NCBI RefSeq assembly: GCF_006345805.1
Contig: NC_043003.1
Coordinates: 88,598,001 to 88,662,000 of the forward strand
Direction of reading: 5' to 3'
DNA length: 64,000 nt
Origin: Octopus sinensis
Taxonomy: Eukaryota
Each line of letters begins with the position of its first letter. Within the stretch, counting starts at the first letter, position 1. Below, piece by piece: positions 60,478 through 64,000 of this stretch. The notes beneath the pieces were generated by a model. It did no database searches and was not told the DNA's origin. It saw only the letters and a program-made list of their open reading frames with translations. The position numbers and the translations under genes are program-made.

Positions 60478-61770
60478 CGAGGGGCATTCAATAAGTAATG
60501 CCCCTGACCCACTTGCCGTTGTTTGATCTAGCTGAAATTTTGCGTGTGCAATTATTTATATCTCTATAGAGTAGGTGGCAAATTACAGCTCTGAACTAAT
60601 TGGGGTTTCTGATTTACAGGTGTTTGAACTGAGTCAAGTGTGAAATGGAGCCTGTTGAGTGTCGAGCAGTGATCTGGTTTTTGTATTTGAAAGGACGCAC
60701 ACCACGGGAGACTTTTGATGAAATGAAAGTAACTTATGGTAATGATGCCCCATCATATGACCTTGTAAAACGCTGGCATCGTGAATTCAAACATGGTCGG
60801 AACTCGGTGGAAACAGCTCCTAGATCTGGTCGCCCCCCCCTTCTGCAATTGATGAGGCATCTGTCTGTCAAGTTGAGGCTGCCATTTTGGAAGATCGACG
60901 CATAACTATTCGCCAAATAGCCCATGAGGTCAAGATTAGTACCGGGTCTGTGGAAACTATCATTCATGACCATTTGCATATGCAAAAGGTGTCTGCCAGA
61001 TGGATTCCCAGGTTGCTCACACCTTTCCAGAAGCAAGAACGCTTCGAGTGCTCGAGGATAAATTTGGAGATGTACCAAGAAGATGAGTCAAAATTTTGCA
61101 AAAGACTGATTACACAGGATGAAACCTGGGTCCATCACTATGATCCAGAGACCAAAGCCCAGTCAATGCAGTGGAAGCACCGTGACTCACCTCCTCCAAA
61201 GAAGGCAAGGGTGCAGCCCTCCGCTGGCAAGGTCATGCTCGCAGTCTTCTGGGACCAGGACGGAGTATTGATAACAGATTTCCTGGCAAAGGGTACCACA
61301 ATTACAGGAGCCTATTATGCTTCACTTTTGAAGAAATTAAGAGAAACTATCAAAATCAAGAGGCGGGGCAAGATCAGCAAAGGCATCCTCCTCCTGCAGG
61401 ACAACGCTCCGGTCCACAACTCGCTTGTCGCTAGATCAGAAGCACAGGCATGCGGCTATGAACTCCTCCCTCATCCCCCTACTCTCCTGACCTTGCACCC
61501 TCTGATTTTCACCTCTTCCCAACCATGAAGTTGTTTTTGAAAGGAAAGCGTTTCCCAGATGATGCAGCCTTGATTTCTGAAGTCACGTCGTGGTTGGAGG
61601 ACCAAGCTGGGTCTTCTAAAAAAACGGTCTCCAGAGCTGTATCAAATATTGGGAGAAATACGTAACTCTGGGTGGTTCCTATGTAAAGAAAGACTAATAA
61701 CTGTGCAAAGTTTCGTTGCTCTACTGCTATGGGAAGTGGGTCAGGGGCATTACTTATTGAACGCCCCTCG
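60478..61770 (+). mobile_element. Full-length mariner (DD34D) transposon, 1293 bp, TA TSD, frameshifted transposase
   Basis: TA|CGAGGGGCATTCAATAAGTAATGCCCCTGACCCACTT ... AAGTGGGTCAGGGGCATTACTTATTGAACGCCCCTCG|TA; ITQDETW, LQDNAP, HPPYSPDLAPSD (34-residue spacing); frameshifts near 60833-60840, 61480 and 61620. Confidence 0.97.
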
Positions 61771-62104
61771 TAGATGAATAGCTGCGGGCTGGACAAAAAC
61801 ATTAATGAAATGAGGATGATAATAATGAACAAAAATGGGAGGGGCACCGGTGTCTGCCGACCGATAACCCCTTGAAATCACTTTTCTTTTATTCAATTTT
61901 ACACAAAAAAATCACAAAAATTACAAAATTTTTCTTAATCTTCCTCTTTCTCATCCGAGCCCCTGCATAAGTTCCCTGCTGCCTGCAGGAAAGCCTGTAT
62001 TGGCAGGTCAGAGTCTGGAAGAAAAGCAAATTCTTCTTTTCCAAAGGTCACCAAGACCTCAAAAAGTTCTTTTTGTGTTATGACCTCCGCAGCCACCTGC
62101 GGAG

Positions 62105-64000
62105 GCCAACTTGCAAAGTCAATGTAGACCAAGTCGTAGCGTATGCGAAAGAAACGGCTTCAGTACACAAGATAGGACCCCTCCTCCAAAAGGATGGCTC
62201 CCTCACAGACAGTCCAACTAAGATCAGTGAGATACTGAATGACCAGTTCAAAAGTGTCTTTACCACCCTGTTGGAACACAGACAAGTGAACGAACCAGTG
62301 GACTTCTTTGCTGCCTCACCTATAACCAGCGAGGCAGTTACAATGGAATACATTGACTTTAGCAAAGAAGATATACAACTAGCCATAGATGAAGTGGACA
62401 CAAACTCAACTGCTGGTCCTGATGGTTTCCCAGCAATCCTCCTCAAAGCATGTAAGCATGCCCTGGCAAAACCCCCAAGATTCTCTTCCAGAGCTTTCTT
62501 GCGAATGGCAAACTGCCAAGCAAGCTGAAGGAGGGAATAATATGCCCCATACATAAAGGGGGAAGTAGAGCAGATGCCAAAAACTATAGGCCTATCTCTC
62601 TGACTTCACACATCAGCAAAGTCATGGAACGGATAGTCAGAGGGAAACTAATCACATTCCTTGAGGAAAATAACTTGCTGAGTGATACCCAGCATGGTTT
62701 TGGACCAGGTAGGAGCTGCCTGACCCAGCTCTTACAACATTATGACTGGGTGTTGAGGCAGTTACTCAACAAATCGAATGTGGACGTAATCTACCTTGAT
62801 TTTGCAAAAGCTTTTGACAAAGTGGATCATGGTATGATATGCCACAAACTGCGTGACTTCGGCATGGCTGGAAAACTTGGAGTGTGGTTACATGACTTCC
62901 TGAAAGATAGGAGTCAGGCAGTAGTGGTTAATGGAGCCACCTCTATGAACACAGAAATAGTGAGCGGTGTTCCACAGGGCACTGTCTTAGGACCACTGCT
63001 TTTTATAGTGGCCCTCTCAGATATGCCCTCAAATGCCCGGGTAGCCACTCTGGAAAGCTATGCAGACAATACGAAAGTCTTGCAGAAAATACAGAACCCC
63101 AGCGATGTTGCACACCTGCAGCAAGAGTTGGACTCAATGTACAGATGGGCTGAGGATAATAATATGCAGTTTAATGCTGAAAAATTCCAGGCCCTGCACT
63201 ACCAGCATCCAAATCTGAATATGAAACTTACAGGGTACACCGGTCCACAGGAAATTTTAATCCCAGAGCCTAAGTCAGTGAGGGACCTGGGTATTGACAT
63301 GAGTGATGATACCTCTTTCCAAGTGCATATTACCAGGATGGCGACAAAGTGCAGATGATTGGCTGGATGGATCCTAAGAACAGTCAGAAGCAGAGATAAG
63401 GAAACCATGATGGTCCTCTGGCAGACATTTGTCCTCAGCCGCCTGGATTACTGCTCACAGCTATGGTCACCCACCAGTGTGAAATTAACAGCGGACCTTG
63501 AAGCAATCCAGAGAAGATTCACAAAGAAGATCGTCTCTTTGCAACAGCTGAACTACTGGGAAAGATTGAAACAGCTAAGACTCTACTCCCTGGAGAGAAG
63601 ACGGGAGAGGTATGCAGTAATGTATATCTGGAAGATCCTGGGAGGAATTGTGCCAAATTTTGGCATTCTAAGCTACACCAATGCTAGAACAAGACGACAC
63701 TGCATAGTGCCAAAGATCCCAGCAATGCCATCACGTTTCAGGACCAGCTACTGCAACAGCCTGGGTTTCAAGAGCCCACAGCTTTTTAATAGTCTCCCAA
63801 AGAGTCTGAGGAACTTGCACAAAGTAGATGTAGCGGTTTCTAAATCAAAGCTGGACATCTTCCTGTCGAGAGTCCCAGATGAACCTACCTCACAGCAAGA
63901 AGTGTAAATAAGGGTAGTTATATCAAACTCCATTCTTCACCAAGTGCCACATATTAGAGGAGGTTCTTAGTAATAATAGTGTAGCACTAAACGGCGGTGC
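62105..64000 (+). mobile_element. 5'-truncated CR1-group LINE, same family as 13762-15910
   Basis: RT ORF 62624-63358, in-frame TGA, then 63359-63907 ending VPDEP; the window ends inside the GGCGGTGC tail. Confidence 0.93.

Noticed and set aside
54570-64000. Search for PPIE exon 3 (KHRGFAFVEF)
   Set aside because: No matching segment found; it probably lies beyond the window, so it is not annotated

Overview
AT-rich, repeat-dense animal genomic DNA. The tRNA-derived SINE families, RTE LINEs with (CAT)n tails and long (TA)n microsatellites point to an octopus (coleoid cephalopod); this is an inference from repeat content. Two host coding loci are supported. The first is an intronless, strongly diverged hnRNP A1/Hrb-like ORF (18581-19570, +; two RRMs plus an N/G/S/Y/R low-complexity tail) with a compact CRE-CCAAT-Inr promoter, probably a retrogene. 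The second is exons 1-2 of PPIE/cyclophilin E (41803-41833 and 54471-54569, +), separated by a 12.6 kb intron; exon 3 was not found in the window. Most of the rest is transposon-derived: RTE LINEs carrying a PHD finger inside ORF2, two CR1-group LINE families, Penelope, Gypsy, Helitron, R4/Dong-like and Chapaev3-like remnants, a full-length frameshifted mariner, and SINEs. The main structural finds are a young 1.9 kb foldback element (about 620 bp near-perfect modular TIRs, 8-bp TSD) among other inverted repeats in PPIE intron 1, a 203-bp inverted duplication bracketing an RTE, and a 3' stem-loop tail shared by a SINE and a CR1-group LINE. No prokaryotic genes, rRNA, true tRNA or CRISPR array were seen. 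Coordinates of degraded repeats are approximate.
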